A stretch of DNA of 52,042 bases from a virus (IMGVR_UViG_3300021475_000019:1-52042), one strand, 5' to 3'. Positions 7,289-16,938 are shown, numbered from the stretch's first letter. The notes: generated from the letters alone by a model not told the origin. Program-made: numbers and translations.

Positions 7289-8128
7289 CTACTGCCCTGG
7301 GATCCACTGATCCCAGGGCCCGCCCTGCTGCCGCATCGACGACGCGCCGCCCAGAATAAGGTTCTGGATCGCCTGCCGCGTTGGGGCCGAGCTGGCCACG
7401 TGATGAACCAGCTCCCCGGCCTTCTCGCCCACCTTGTCGAGCCCCGCCCACAGGCCGAGCAGGCCCGCGCCTTCCTTAACGACATCGCCTCCGGCCCATC
7501 CCCCAAATAGCTTGTGAGCGCCGTAAGTGATCCCCGCCTTGAGGCCCTCGTCGGTGAGCTTCGGCAGGACTTTCGGAGCGGCGCGGGCGACGCCCTGACC
7601 GAGCAGGCCCGCGATGCCGCCTCCGGCAGTGTCCTGGGTAATGGTCGACCAGGGGTTCCCAGCCGCGTAGCTCTTCAGCCCCTCATGCACGCCCCCCGCG
7701 AGTTCAGGCCCCACGTAGGGGACCGCGTTGAGCAGCGTCGTCGGGCTCAGGATGTTGCCCACGAAATCCGCGCTCGTCGCCGCCTCAGGGCTGAGGCGCG
7801 CTCTGGCGGCGGCATAGTTGGCGGGGTTCTGCGCCATAGCTTCGTTGCCAGCGATGTCGCCGAAATCCTGCACCGATTGCGGAACCGTCAGCGCCGGGCC
7901 GCCTTTGTACCACGGGTTGCTCCAGTCGATGCCCCAGCCGCTGGGCGAGGCGGCAGCGGCGTTGGGATCAGCGGGTGCGGGTGCGGGTGCTGCTGCAACG
8001 GGCTTCGCGCCCGTCGGATTGAAGTCGCTGAATGCGCCGCCAGCAGGCTGCTTCGGCTGCGGCGCTGCCACGGGTTGGTCTTTCTGCTTCGCGCCCGTGG
8101 GGTCGAAGTCGTCGAATGCGCCTGCCAT
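7289..8128 (-). CDS. Putative virion/ejection protein, allele A
   Basis: Last gene of the late operon, Ala/Gly-rich. Homologue at 49912-50778. Confidence 0.6.
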   Translation of the reverse strand: MAGAFDDFDPTGAKQKDQPVAAPQPKQPAGGAFSDFNPTGAKPVAAAPAPAPADPNAAAASPSGWGIDWSNPWYKGGPALTVPQSVQDFGDIAGNEAMAQNPANYAAARARLSPEAATSADFVGNILSPTTLLNAVPYVGPELAGGVHEGLKSYAAGNPWSTITQDTAGGGIAGLLGQGVARAAPKVLPKLTDEGLKAGITYGAHKLFGGWAGGDVVKEGAGLLGLWAGLDKVGEKAGELVHHVASSAPTRQAIQNLILGGASSMRQQGGPWDQWIPGQ

Positions 8129-8131
8129 CGG

Positions 8132-9589
8132 TCACTCCAAGGCGGAAGTGTCGTAGCCCTTATCCTTCAGATGCTTGAGCGCGGAGCGCGGCCCGTAGTG
8201 TTCCACGGCGTTCTGGAAATCGAGCTTGTCTTGCTCCGTCAGTTGCTTGAGGTCCTTGTTCGGCTGGACCGACTTCCCAATGGGGCCGCCAGGATCAAGG
8301 TCGCCGCCCGACTGATACATCGGATCAAGGTAGGGCTTGAGATAGCCGGGTATGTCGGAGAGCCTGCCAGCCGCGCCATAGGCGTTGGCTTGGGCGGTGA
8401 GCGCGAGCTTGATCTTCGGCGCGATGACCTCCTCGCGATAATTGCCGATGCCAAAGTTGGTATAGTCCTCAGGGTTCGCACCCAAAGTTGCGAGGTTCTG
8501 GCCAACGCCCTTGGGGCCGCCGCGCGCCGACAAGACCTTCGCCGTGCCAGCCAGCCCCTCCATCTTGCTGTGCAGATTGTAGGCCTCCGTTCCAGGGGCC
8601 AATCCTTCGAGCCAGCCCTTGCCAACGGCCTTCGCTGACCCGGTGATCTCGTCGAGTTTGGGCGAGTTCGAGACGTCGGCGAGATCGTCGACGAACTTGC
8701 CCAGGCCTTGGTTCATGCCGTTGAACTGACCTTTCGCGTCGGTCAGGTCCTTGTTGTACAGGCTCCACTTCGTCGGGTCGGTCAGATAGCCGGGCATTGG
8801 CCTGCCCTTGTTGGCCGGATCGTTCTGCCATTGCGTTCGGGCGAACGCCATTGACTTCATGTCGCCGGTCATCCCCGGCAGGCCGCCCGTAATTATCATC
8901 GGCAAATAGTTGTTTTTCCAGTCCTCCTCCGAGCCGCCGCCCTTGATGAACTGGTCATGCTCGAACTGGATGTTCCGCTGCGTGTCGGTCGGCTCCATCT
9001 TTGAGATGAGGTCGGGGCCTTTACCGGCGAGGATCATGTCGCGCGAGGTGCCCGGCGGCAGGCCGAGCTTCGTGTCGTAGTCGGAGGCGTGGGCAAGCAT
9101 ATCCTGCGTCGCGCCCTGCTGCTGCATCGCGGTGTGCAGGCTCATCAGGTTGCCGACCGTCTGGCCCGCATCTTCGCCGCCGCCGGTCAGGCTCTGCATG
9201 ATCGACTGGCGCATCGAGGGCGGGCTGTGGTTGGCGGCGATCAGCGCAAGCCCGCTATTGATCCCCTGCATCGCCCGGTCGCGCTGCTGCATCTGCATGT
9301 ACAGCGACATGATGTTCGGCGGGTTGGCGAGCGTCTGGTAGCTCGCCGACATGTCGGGCGTCGACTGGAGCGCCTGCGGCTGCGGCGGCGAGTTGGGCGG
9401 CGGTGGAGCGCCTGGCGCTGGGTTGGGCGGGGGCGCGTTGGGATCGGCGCTCACCGGCTGCGCGTTCGGTGCTGGCGCGTTCGGGTTCTGCGGCGGCGCT
9501 CCTGGCGGCTGCTGCCCAGAGAGCATCGCCGCGAGCTGCCGCGCCGGGTCGGGGGCGCCCAGGTACAACAAATCGGCTAGACCGGCCAT
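8132..9589 (-). CDS. Putative DNA ejection (internal virion) protein
   Basis: 485-aa Q/G/P-rich helical protein in the ejection-gene position. Conserved in copy B. Confidence 0.6.
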   Translation of the reverse strand: MAGLADLLYLGAPDPARQLAAMLSGQQPPGAPPQNPNAPAPNAQPVSADPNAPPPNPAPGAPPPPNSPPQPQALQSTPDMSASYQTLANPPNIMSLYMQMQQRDRAMQGINSGLALIAANHSPPSMRQSIMQSLTGGGEDAGQTVGNLMSLHTAMQQQGATQDMLAHASDYDTKLGLPPGTSRDMILAGKGPDLISKMEPTDTQRNIQFEHDQFIKGGGSEEDWKNNYLPMIITGGLPGMTGDMKSMAFARTQWQNDPANKGRPMPGYLTDPTKWSLYNKDLTDAKGQFNGMNQGLGKFVDDLADVSNSPKLDEITGSAKAVGKGWLEGLAPGTEAYNLHSKMEGLAGTAKVLSARGGPKGVGQNLATLGANPEDYTNFGIGNYREEVIAPKIKLALTAQANAYGAAGRLSDIPGYLKPYLDPMYQSGGDLDPGGPIGKSVQPNKDLKQLTEQDKLDFQNAVEHYGPRSALKHLKDKGYDTSALE

Positions 9590-9744
9590 TTCCGTTCTCT
9601 TAAGTTAGCCCTGCGCTCCGCAAGGCGGTGCTCGGCGGTGCTGGGTCCGGCAAAGCTAGGCAGCGCAGGGCTCGGCGCGGCATTGCCCGGCGGCGCATCG
9701 CCCGGCAAGGCAAGGGGGGGCCGAGCCCACAAGGTTCGGCCCTC
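9578..9744 (+). ncRNA. Stand-alone GGC-NN cassette 1 (promoter, 19 units, hairpin)
   Basis: TAGACC-17-TAAGTT (9578-9606), units 9619-9713, hairpin gggccgagcc-cacaa-ggttcggccc (9718-9742). Confidence 0.75.
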
Positions 9745-9745
9745 T

Positions 9746-10522
9746 TCATTGTTGCGGCCTCGCCTGGATCGCGCGCAGGGCGCTCAAAAAGTTCGTGTTC
9801 ATGCCCTGACCTTGACCCGCCTGATTGAGGAAGGCGGCATTGATGCCTCCGCTAGGTTGCGAGCCGCTCACCATCGGCACATTCGCGCCCTGCGTCACGG
9901 GGTTGCCGGGGTTCGCCAGCGCACTCAACGCCGCCTGCCAATTGTTGGGCGCAGCGCCAGCCCCGCCCGCCTGCTGCGCGCCCTGGGGCGCTCCTTGCTG
10001 CTGGCCCATCGGGTTGTAGCCCTGGAGGCCAGAGTTCATCCACGCCAGCGCATTCGAGGCCTGCGGATTGCTGCCGCTCGGATTGCTACCGGAAGCGACA
10101 AAGCCGCCTGACGGCATCATCGCGTTGCCAGCCTGATACTGGCCTATCGGACCCATGGCGGCGGATCTCTGCTGCGGCGACAGCGTCTGCCACTGCGGAA
10201 TGCTCAAGCCGCCCCGCTGCTGCGAGGCTGGCGTGTTCTGACCCTGCACATCCTGAACGCCAGCGAACGGGTTGCCCGACGGCGCTTGCGGCTGTTGCGG
10301 CGTCGAGTTGATCGACATGCCAGCGGGGTTGGCCGCCTGCCAGTTCTGGAACGACTGGATCGGCTTGCCGGTCGCGGCGTTGACCGGGGCTCCGGCGTAG
10401 GTCGGCGGCCAGGGCAAGGCCGCCCCGTTGTAGTTCGAGAACTGGTTCGACTGCTGCGACGGGTCGAACATCGTCGGGTTGAGCATCCAGGTGTTGGTGA
10501 GCGCAGCGAGATCCTGGGCCAT
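9746..10522 (-). CDS. Q/G/N-rich putative virion protein
   Basis: 258-aa ORF in the late operon with typical codon usage. Confidence 0.6.
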   Translation of the reverse strand: MAQDLAALTNTWMLNPTMFDPSQQSNQFSNYNGAALPWPPTYAGAPVNAATGKPIQSFQNWQAANPAGMSINSTPQQPQAPSGNPFAGVQDVQGQNTPASQQRGGLSIPQWQTLSPQQRSAAMGPIGQYQAGNAMMPSGGFVASGSNPSGSNPQASNALAWMNSGLQGYNPMGQQQGAPQGAQQAGGAGAAPNNWQAALSALANPGNPVTQGANVPMVSGSQPSGGINAAFLNQAGQGQGMNTNFLSALRAIQARPQQ

Positions 10523-10525
10523 GGG

Positions 10526-12088
10526 TCACGTACTCCCGAAGCCGCCGCCGTACCCGGCGTTGGCGTACATGTCATAGGGCGACATCTGCCCCGACATCAG
10601 CGCCATCTGCAATTGCGATGGCGAATTGAGCGTCGTCCCCGGCATCCCTGGCACGCCGGTCGCTTGGCCGGGCATCATGGCCGGGACCACGGGCTTCGTG
10701 GCGGCGAGCGCGCCATAGTAGGAGGCGGGCTGCGGCTGCATCGAAAAGCCCCGCTGGGCGAGGTCCTGGGCGGCGAGGGCGCGGCCCAGGATGTTCTGGC
10801 CGCCGGGCTGCATCATCATCGGGCCGCCCATGGCCTGCGCCGGTTGGGCCTGCTGCAGGCGCATCGGCTCCGGCTCGTTGGTCTGCCCGCCCCCGCCCAG
10901 GCTCTTTAAGGCGTCCTGCGCCATCTTGTTGGCCGGGGAGCCGGGCTGGAAGCCCGGCAGGGTCGTCCCGGCTGTTGGGGTGGCCGGAGCGGCTGGAGTG
11001 GCCGGAGTGGCTCCAGGGGCCGTCGTAGGGGCTCCTGACGCGGCGGCCGCCGTAGGGGCTCCTGACGCGGCGGCCACGGCCGGGCCGGGCTTGAACGTCG
11101 AGCCGTCGAGGCCCGCCGTCGCCCGCGCGACATAGTTCGCGTTCGACGTGTAACGGTCGTTCGCCGCGCCGCCAGCGACGTTGTAGGGCTTGCCGGTGAA
11201 CCAGATCGAGGCCGCGTCCTTGGGGCCATAGAGTTGCAGGCTGCGCTGCATCTGGTCGCGGAACACCGCCTCCTGCGCCGCCGGGCTGGCTTTGAACTGA
11301 TCCGGCGTCAGCGAGTGGCCGAGCGCCGCCTGTGTCCATCCAGGGACGTTCTCCGGCATCACCTGATATTTGCCGATGGCTTGCCCGCGCCCGCCCTTCA
11401 CAACCGGGCCGAGCGCCTCGTAGGGGTTCTTCCAGCCGCCGCTCTCGATCTGCGCGATGTTGCGGGAGAGCGTGTCGATGACGTTGTTCGAGTTCAGCGT
11501 CGTGCCGGGGGGCGCGGCCGAGCTGCTCGACGTGGTCGTCGGCGCGGGAGCGCCGCTCGCAGCCGTTGGGCCTTCGGGGGCGCCGCTCGACGCCGCCGAG
11601 CCGCCGCCGCCGAGTTCAAAATGCGGCGCGTCCTTGAAGGTTTTGAAGTTGCCGCCCCAATTGACGCCGATGCCAAGCTTTTGTGACGCGGCCAGCATCG
11701 CTTGGCTGATCTGTTTCTGCTGGCCTGGGTCGAACTGCACCCGTCCGTTGCTGTCCAGGCCCCACAGATCGACGGCGTTGCCCTGCATGTGGACGTTCGC
11801 GTCGCCGCCGTCCTGGGCGCCGACCCTCGACCAGTCCCAGGCCTTGGCCTGATCCTGATCGGCCGCGCTTCGCTTGCCGTTGCCGATGACAAAGTTGAGG
11901 TTTGGGTTGTCAGCCCTGGCTTGCGCTATGACCTTCTGCAGATCAGGGCTGAGGCCCGACAGGTTCTTCGCGTCGTTGCCGACTGGGTCGGGGTTCCAGC
12001 GCAGAAACATGGGGAGCTGCTGGCGCCCATGGCTGTCGATGCGCGGGATCTTGGCGTAGACGCCGCCGGGGCCGAAATTGTCAGCCAC
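10526..12088 (-). CDS. Virion-associated peptidoglycan hydrolase: M15 peptidase + lysozyme-like domain
   Basis: RS..DQ...H..GNAVD...WGGNFKTFKDAPHFEL (M15 type), and IAQIESGG...AIGKYQVM...ASIWFTG (lysozyme/transglycosylase fold). Confidence 0.8.
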   Translation of the reverse strand: MADNFGPGGVYAKIPRIDSHGRQQLPMFLRWNPDPVGNDAKNLSGLSPDLQKVIAQARADNPNLNFVIGNGKRSAADQDQAKAWDWSRVGAQDGGDANVHMQGNAVDLWGLDSNGRVQFDPGQQKQISQAMLAASQKLGIGVNWGGNFKTFKDAPHFELGGGGSAASSGAPEGPTAASGAPAPTTTSSSSAAPPGTTLNSNNVIDTLSRNIAQIESGGWKNPYEALGPVVKGGRGQAIGKYQVMPENVPGWTQAALGHSLTPDQFKASPAAQEAVFRDQMQRSLQLYGPKDAASIWFTGKPYNVAGGAANDRYTSNANYVARATAGLDGSTFKPGPAVAAASGAPTAAAASGAPTTAPGATPATPAAPATPTAGTTLPGFQPGSPANKMAQDALKSLGGGGQTNEPEPMRLQQAQPAQAMGGPMMMQPGGQNILGRALAAQDLAQRGFSMQPQPASYYGALAATKPVVPAMMPGQATGVPGMPGTTLNSPSQLQMALMSGQMSPYDMYANAGYGGGFGST

Positions 12089-13517
12089 GCAACCCTCCTG
12101 CCACGCGCGCCACGCGACCTGGGGGCCGCATCTTTGGCGCCCGCATGCTCGCGCCCATTGCGCCGGTCAGCCCCATCGGCGCGCTGGCTGCGAGCGGCCC
12201 CGGCGCCCGCGTCACAAACCCGCCGCCCGCGCCCGGCATGCGCTGCGGCCGGATCGCCGGGGTGTTGTCGTTCATCGGCCCGGCTGCATTGAGCGCGTTC
12301 ATGTCGACGCCATGGATCGCCTGCCCGGTCGGCTGATGCACGCCCATCGTCTTCACCGCGTGCGGCGCGACCTGCATCACGTCTTCGGCCATCGGCCCGG
12401 CTACCTTGGGGTACGACTTGGGGTCCCCTTTGTAGCGGTAGCTGTACATCGGCAAGCCGGTCGGCTGGTGGACGCCGGTCTTGGTGATGTCGGTCTTGAG
12501 GTGCCGGTCTGAGGTGTTCAATCCGACCGCCCCGCCGAGCGCGCTGCCAATGCCCGCGAACGGGCCGCCCGGGCCGACCATGCTGCCGAGCGCCTGCAAG
12601 CCGCCCGTGACATCCGACATCAGCGATGGCGTCGTCGTCGTTTGCTGCTGCCCCGTACCGGAACTCATCGTCGTCGAGCCGTAGGGCGTCTGGCCGAGCG
12701 CCGACTGCAGGATGCCGTACTGCTGGGTCGGGTAGGCGTTCGCCTGATTGAACTGTCCTATGTTGGCGTTGATCTGGTTTTGCGCCTGCTGCTGCTGCTG
12801 CGCGCCAGCGGTCGACAGCTCCAAGAATTGTTGGCGTTGGTTCTGCTGCGCCTGCGAGCCGAGCGTGCCGAGGCCACCCGCCGCCTGGATCAGCGAATTG
12901 ATGTTCGCCTGATCGGCCTGCTGGTTGCCCTGCTGGGCCGACAGGTCGCGGCTGATGTCGCCGGTCGCCGCCGCCTGCGCTTGCTGGAAATTCGCTTGGT
13001 TCAGTTGGCTCGCCATTTGCCCGATGTTGAGCGCGCCTTGAGCCTGCGCGACGCCCTGCTGCACGCCCTGCCTGCTGCCTCCGAATGCGTTCGCCGAGTT
13101 GGCCTGATTGGCTCCTTGGTTTTGGGCGAGCGCATTTTGTTGCTGCATCAACGGCAGCGTCGAATTGATGACGCTCTGCGTGTACGGGTTCATGTAGGGC
13201 TGGAGATTGGTGTTGGCGAGCGACTGCGCATTGACCTGGGTCGCGGGCGTGCCCGCCGCCGTGAGGTAGGCGGCCTGCGAGGCGTTGTACTGATCGGCGC
13301 CCGCACCTCCCGACGTGGCGGCCAAATTCCACGCCTGCTGCGTCTGCGGCCCGATGTCGGCGACCTGCTGGCCCTGGTATTGCTGCAGCGGCCGACCGGC
13401 GACATTCTGAGCCAGCGCATAGTTCTGCTGCGCCGCCTGATTGACCCACGGCGGGAGCTGCGTCTGGCTGATGTTCGACTGGTTCGACTGCTGGTCGGTT
13501 GAGCCGGAACTGCCCAT
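12081..13517 (-). CDS. DNA ejection/pilot-like protein with peptidase S74 (intramolecular chaperone) domain
   Basis: Q/A-rich N-terminus (YMNPY, AFGGSR) and SDRHLKTDI...YSYRYKGD...GPMAEDV. Confidence 0.7.
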   Translation of the reverse strand: MGSSGSTDQQSNQSNISQTQLPPWVNQAAQQNYALAQNVAGRPLQQYQGQQVADIGPQTQQAWNLAATSGGAGADQYNASQAAYLTAAGTPATQVNAQSLANTNLQPYMNPYTQSVINSTLPLMQQQNALAQNQGANQANSANAFGGSRQGVQQGVAQAQGALNIGQMASQLNQANFQQAQAAATGDISRDLSAQQGNQQADQANINSLIQAAGGLGTLGSQAQQNQRQQFLELSTAGAQQQQQAQNQINANIGQFNQANAYPTQQYGILQSALGQTPYGSTTMSSGTGQQQTTTTPSLMSDVTGGLQALGSMVGPGGPFAGIGSALGGAVGLNTSDRHLKTDITKTGVHQPTGLPMYSYRYKGDPKSYPKVAGPMAEDVMQVAPHAVKTMGVHQPTGQAIHGVDMNALNAAGPMNDNTPAIRPQRMPGAGGGFVTRAPGPLAASAPMGLTGAMGASMRAPKMRPPGRVARVAGGLRG

Positions 13518-13518
13518 C

Positions 13519-14007
13519 TTAGAGTTCCTTCACGTAGAGTTGGTTCCTCGACCTCAGTCGCCAGCCGAGGCGGCGGTAGCTGCCCTCGCGCAGCCAACCG
13601 AGCCGCCCATAAGTCGAGAGCAACCCGGCGTTGACCTCGTCGGCGTAGGCCAAGATTTTGGCGTGCAGCGCATCGACATCGGTGAGGTCGCCGACGTAGG
13701 CGATAAGCTCCAATTGCCGCGCGCGTGGAAAGTCCGCAATCTTCGTGATCGCCCAACTGTTGCCCTCGACGAACGACTGCATCCGCCCTTCAGCGATGGC
13801 GGTGAGGATGTCCGACAAGATGTACGTTCCGCCCATTCTATCGAGTAGACGGCTCAATTTTCGGTGGTAGGATGCCGTGTCGCTGCATTGCGGCGGCGAG
13901 GCATGGCTCGGCCTGCCTGGGCTACGCAGGGCTGGGCCTTGCTTGGCGCGGCTTGGCATAGCGAGGGAGGCGGCTTCGGCCGCCTCTATCTTTTCGGGGC
14001 GGTTCAT
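13519..14007 (-). CDS. Phage virion-module protein (GNAT-like fold possible); N-terminal part overlaps an antisense array
   Basis: ATGA coupling with the upstream gene at 14004-14007. Conserved-looking core WAITKIADFPR...GRLGW. Alternative start at 13836. Confidence 0.6.
   Translation of the reverse strand: MNRPEKIEAAEAASLAMPSRAKQGPALRSPGRPSHASPPQCSDTASYHRKLSRLLDRMGGTYILSDILTAIAEGRMQSFVEGNSWAITKIADFPRARQLELIAYVGDLTDVDALHAKILAYADEVNAGLLSTYGRLGWLREGSYRRLGWRLRSRNQLYVKEL
13846..13986 (+). ncRNA. Stand-alone GGC-NN cassette 2 (promoter, 14 units, UUCG hairpin)
   Basis: TAGACG-16-TAGGAT (13846-13873), units 13895-13964, gaggcggc-ttcg-gccgcctc (13967-13986). Confidence 0.75.
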
Positions 14008-14282
14008 GGCTGGCCCCCGCCGAGCGGGACCTGGGTGATCCGAAACGAGCCGTTGCTCAACACCTGCAGCATGAACACGGGCGGGTTTGTTCCGGCGGGC
14101 GCGTCAGCCGCCTGAAATAAAACCCCCGGCAGCGCCTGATGCGCGGGCAACTTGTCCTGAAAACCGTTGCGGCACCACAGCGCGAAGGTGCGCAGGTAGT
14201 TGGTCAGCGTCTCGCTCACATCCGGCATCGAGGGCAGATCCGGCGGCGGCTGGGGAGCGGCGACGGTGGGACGCGGAGCCAT
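14004..14282 (-). CDS. Hypothetical virion-module protein
   Basis: 92-aa ORF coupled to its neighbours. Confidence 0.6.
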   Translation of the reverse strand: MAPRPTVAAPQPPPDLPSMPDVSETLTNYLRTFALWCRNGFQDKLPAHQALPGVLFQAADAPAGTNPPVFMLQVLSNGSFRITQVPLGGGQP

Positions 14283-15892
14283 CAGCGATCTCCTCTCGGA
14301 ACGGCGTCGATCAAATGCTGACCGAGCGTGAAGGGCTGGATCACCGGGGTCGCCACATCGATGCGCAGGCGCATGTCGCGGCCGGTCTGGCGAAAATCCA
14401 CATAGCCGTCGGAGCGCACCGGCCGGGGCGTCGACTGCAGCTCAGGGGCGCCCAGGCTGCGGCTGTTCCGATAGAACAACGAATAGCGCAGACTGCCGAT
14501 GGCGTTGGCGATTGAGACGGGATCGGTGGCGTCGACCGCCTCGACATCGGGGATCATCTGCTTGACGGTGATCAGCCGCGCGCCTGATGTGAGGTTGAGG
14601 TTGAACGTCTCGGCGAACGGCAGCACGACCGGCATGTTGTCGTTGGCGTAGGTCGCGCCGACCTCATGCTGAAAGGCAACAGTATCGTCGGCGAAGATCG
14701 GGTGCGCGGTGTACGAGCTGGTGATGCCCGCCGAGCGCGAAAGATTGCACTGGCCCCACCAGCCCTCCTTGTAATTGTAGACCCCCGCGCGCGTGTTGGT
14801 GGGCTTGCCGATCTGCGGGAAGAACCACCACCATTCCGAGAACTCGCCGAGGTGCGCGGCGAAGCTCAACTCACGCACCGCGATGGGGTCGATGTCGTCG
14901 TCGATCCACGGCCGGATCGGGCACACCACCGGCACAATCGAGGTGCCGTCGTAGGAGAACATGCCCTGCTCGCTGAACCACAGCGTCAGCGCCGAGGTGG
15001 TGGTCATCGACTGCGGCGACCAGGGCGTCGTGCCGTCGGCCAGCTCGACCGCGTTGTAGACGTACGGGAGCCCCAGGAAGCGAGAGGTGTAGACCTTCTT
15101 GCCGGTCCAGAAGATCACGCCCACCCTGGTGGAGAGCGCGCAGATGATCGGGCTCGCGGGCTCGATGTCGAGGAAGCCCGCCTGCGAGGTCACGTTGCTG
15201 TAGTCCCACGCGCCGGGGTTCTCCTGGTCGCACCATGCAAACCTTCGGCTCGATCCGCCGCCTGCGGTGCCGTCCTGGGTCGTGCCGAAGATCATGACAA
15301 ATCTTTCCGGCGTGATGACGAAGCAGCGCCCGTGCGGCACCGTCGAACCGCTCGCCGCTGGCTGCACCACCGCCGGGCCGCCGACGGCCGGGTCCCACAT
15401 CAGGAGCCGACTGTCGGCGCTCGTCATCGCGTAGAGGATCGAGCCGAAATTATCCAAGGAGTAGCTGTCGGGGACCTTGGTGATGGCGACGCTGCCGGGG
15501 ATCGAGCGCGGCGTGCCGTAAGTGTCGTCATTGTAGAGGCCGTCGCCGAAGCCGCCCACCAATCCGCTTGGCGGGACGATGCCGTCGGCCGGGGTGATGT
15601 CGGTCAGCGCGCCGCCCGTGTCGACGTAGAGGTTCGTCTCGCAGAGATAGGCGATGTGGTACTGGCCATCGAGGCCGTACCAGCCGTGGATCATCTTGCA
15701 GCGTGAGGCGAACACGTATTTCTCGACGCCGCCGACGACGTTGGTGAACTGCGCCTGCCCGCCCATCGGCGTGAGCTGCTGCTCGCGCCAGCGCATGAAG
15801 TTGACCTCGGCCCAGTTCGAGGACTGCATCTTCTTCGTCGGCATGGCGACGACGCCGGGCGGGATCTGGATCGGGCGAAAGTCTGTACTCAT
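14282..15892 (-). CDS. Tail tubular/nozzle (P22 gp10-like DNA stabilisation) protein
   Basis: 536-aa beta-rich protein starting MSTDFRPIQIPPG, with WCDQEN and EWWWFFP motifs. Position in the podovirus module. Confidence 0.65.
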   Translation of the reverse strand: MSTDFRPIQIPPGVVAMPTKKMQSSNWAEVNFMRWREQQLTPMGGQAQFTNVVGGVEKYVFASRCKMIHGWYGLDGQYHIAYLCETNLYVDTGGALTDITPADGIVPPSGLVGGFGDGLYNDDTYGTPRSIPGSVAITKVPDSYSLDNFGSILYAMTSADSRLLMWDPAVGGPAVVQPAASGSTVPHGRCFVITPERFVMIFGTTQDGTAGGGSSRRFAWCDQENPGAWDYSNVTSQAGFLDIEPASPIICALSTRVGVIFWTGKKVYTSRFLGLPYVYNAVELADGTTPWSPQSMTTTSALTLWFSEQGMFSYDGTSIVPVVCPIRPWIDDDIDPIAVRELSFAAHLGEFSEWWWFFPQIGKPTNTRAGVYNYKEGWWGQCNLSRSAGITSSYTAHPIFADDTVAFQHEVGATYANDNMPVVLPFAETFNLNLTSGARLITVKQMIPDVEAVDATDPVSIANAIGSLRYSLFYRNSRSLGAPELQSTPRPVRSDGYVDFRQTGRDMRLRIDVATPVIQPFTLGQHLIDAVPRGDR

Positions 15893-16686
15893 TGGTATTT
15901 GATGATGAAGTTGAGTTGCAGATAGGGCGGCATGTTGTTGTGCGCCGCGCCGCTGCCCGCGTTCTGGGTGGTCGAGAGGCCGGTGCCGCTGGCGTTGACC
16001 CCAACTGCGGGCTGTTGCGTGTCGGTGTTGCCGCCGAGGTTGCCAGCCGTGTCGGTGTTGCCGCCGAGGTTGCCAACAGTGCTGGTCGCCACTGTTGTGT
16101 TCTGTTGAAAATAGGATGGCGCATCCCCTCTCACCGCTATGCCGCCGCCAGTGCCCCATTGTTGGACGGTGTGCGCGTGGCTCCCAGTCGTGATGCCGTG
16201 GGCGTGGTTGCCGGTCGTGATGCCGTGGCTGTGCGCGTTTTGCTGGGCGGTATGCGAGTGGGCGACATCAGTGATCGGATGCGCGTGCGCCGCTAGCTCG
16301 GCGGCGGTGAGGACGTGCGTCGCCTCGCCGCCGGTCTGGCCAAGAACCTCTCCATTCGTCATGCCCATCGGAAATCTTCCGACTAGATTGGGCAGACTGA
16401 AGTTCGCGCCGCTACCGCCGAACATATAGCCAACCACGGCGAACAGCGTTGCATAGGTCGTGGTGTTGAGTGACTGACCAGCGCAAAGCATCCAGTTCGA
16501 CGGCATATTCGATTGCGGGCCGCCAAACATCGTGATCGCGCCAACCGGAACGAGCCCCTGCTGATTGACGAACACCTGGGCGTCGACCTTCTGGGTCGTC
16601 GCGTTGAGCGTGGCTCCCCAGGTGTTGGCCGACGCGCCGGGGTCCGGCATCGTCCAGCCATAGTTTGGGGTGGTTGTCTCAGCCAC
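15889..16686 (-). CDS. Tail fibre protein with tail-collar domain
   Basis: VPVGAITMFGG...WMLCAGQ...Y..LFAVVG..FGG.GANFSLPNLVGRFP, H-x-H repeats, and HNNMPPYLQLNFIIK. Confidence 0.85.
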   Translation of the reverse strand: MAETTTPNYGWTMPDPGASANTWGATLNATTQKVDAQVFVNQQGLVPVGAITMFGGPQSNMPSNWMLCAGQSLNTTTYATLFAVVGYMFGGSGANFSLPNLVGRFPMGMTNGEVLGQTGGEATHVLTAAELAAHAHPITDVAHSHTAQQNAHSHGITTGNHAHGITTGSHAHTVQQWGTGGGIAVRGDAPSYFQQNTTVATSTVGNLGGNTDTAGNLGGNTDTQQPAVGVNASGTGLSTTQNAGSGAAHNNMPPYLQLNFIIKYQ

Positions 16687-16936
16687 TGTCGCTCTCCAAT
16701 GCGTCGACGCGCGTCTCAAGGTCGGCGACGCGGTCCTCGACCGGAACGACTTCCGGCAAGGTGGTGGCGGGCGGCGATGCGGCCTTGGGCTCGTTGCCCT
16801 CGTCGAGCCACGCGAGATATTCCTGATAGTCGATGTTGTCGGGATCGAACGGGATGAACGCGCCGTCCTCGTCGCGGACGATGACGCTATCGTGCGGCTT
16901 GTTGTTCATGTGATCCCAGACTTGCGTGTAGGTCAT
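16679..16936 (-). CDS. Small tail-fibre-associated protein
   Basis: IPFDPDNIDYQEYLAWLDEGNEP motif, common downstream of phage fibres. Confidence 0.65.
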   Translation of the reverse strand: MTYTQVWDHMNNKPHDSVIVRDEDGAFIPFDPDNIDYQEYLAWLDEGNEPKAASPPATTLPEVVPVEDRVADLETRVDALESDSG

Positions 16937-16938
16937 GG

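Noticed and set aside
16015-16075. 24-bp tandem repeat in the tail-collar gene, and short repeats at 11022-11070
   Set aside because: In-frame peptide repeats (GNLGGNTDT; AAASGAPT), ordinary for fibre and linker regions.
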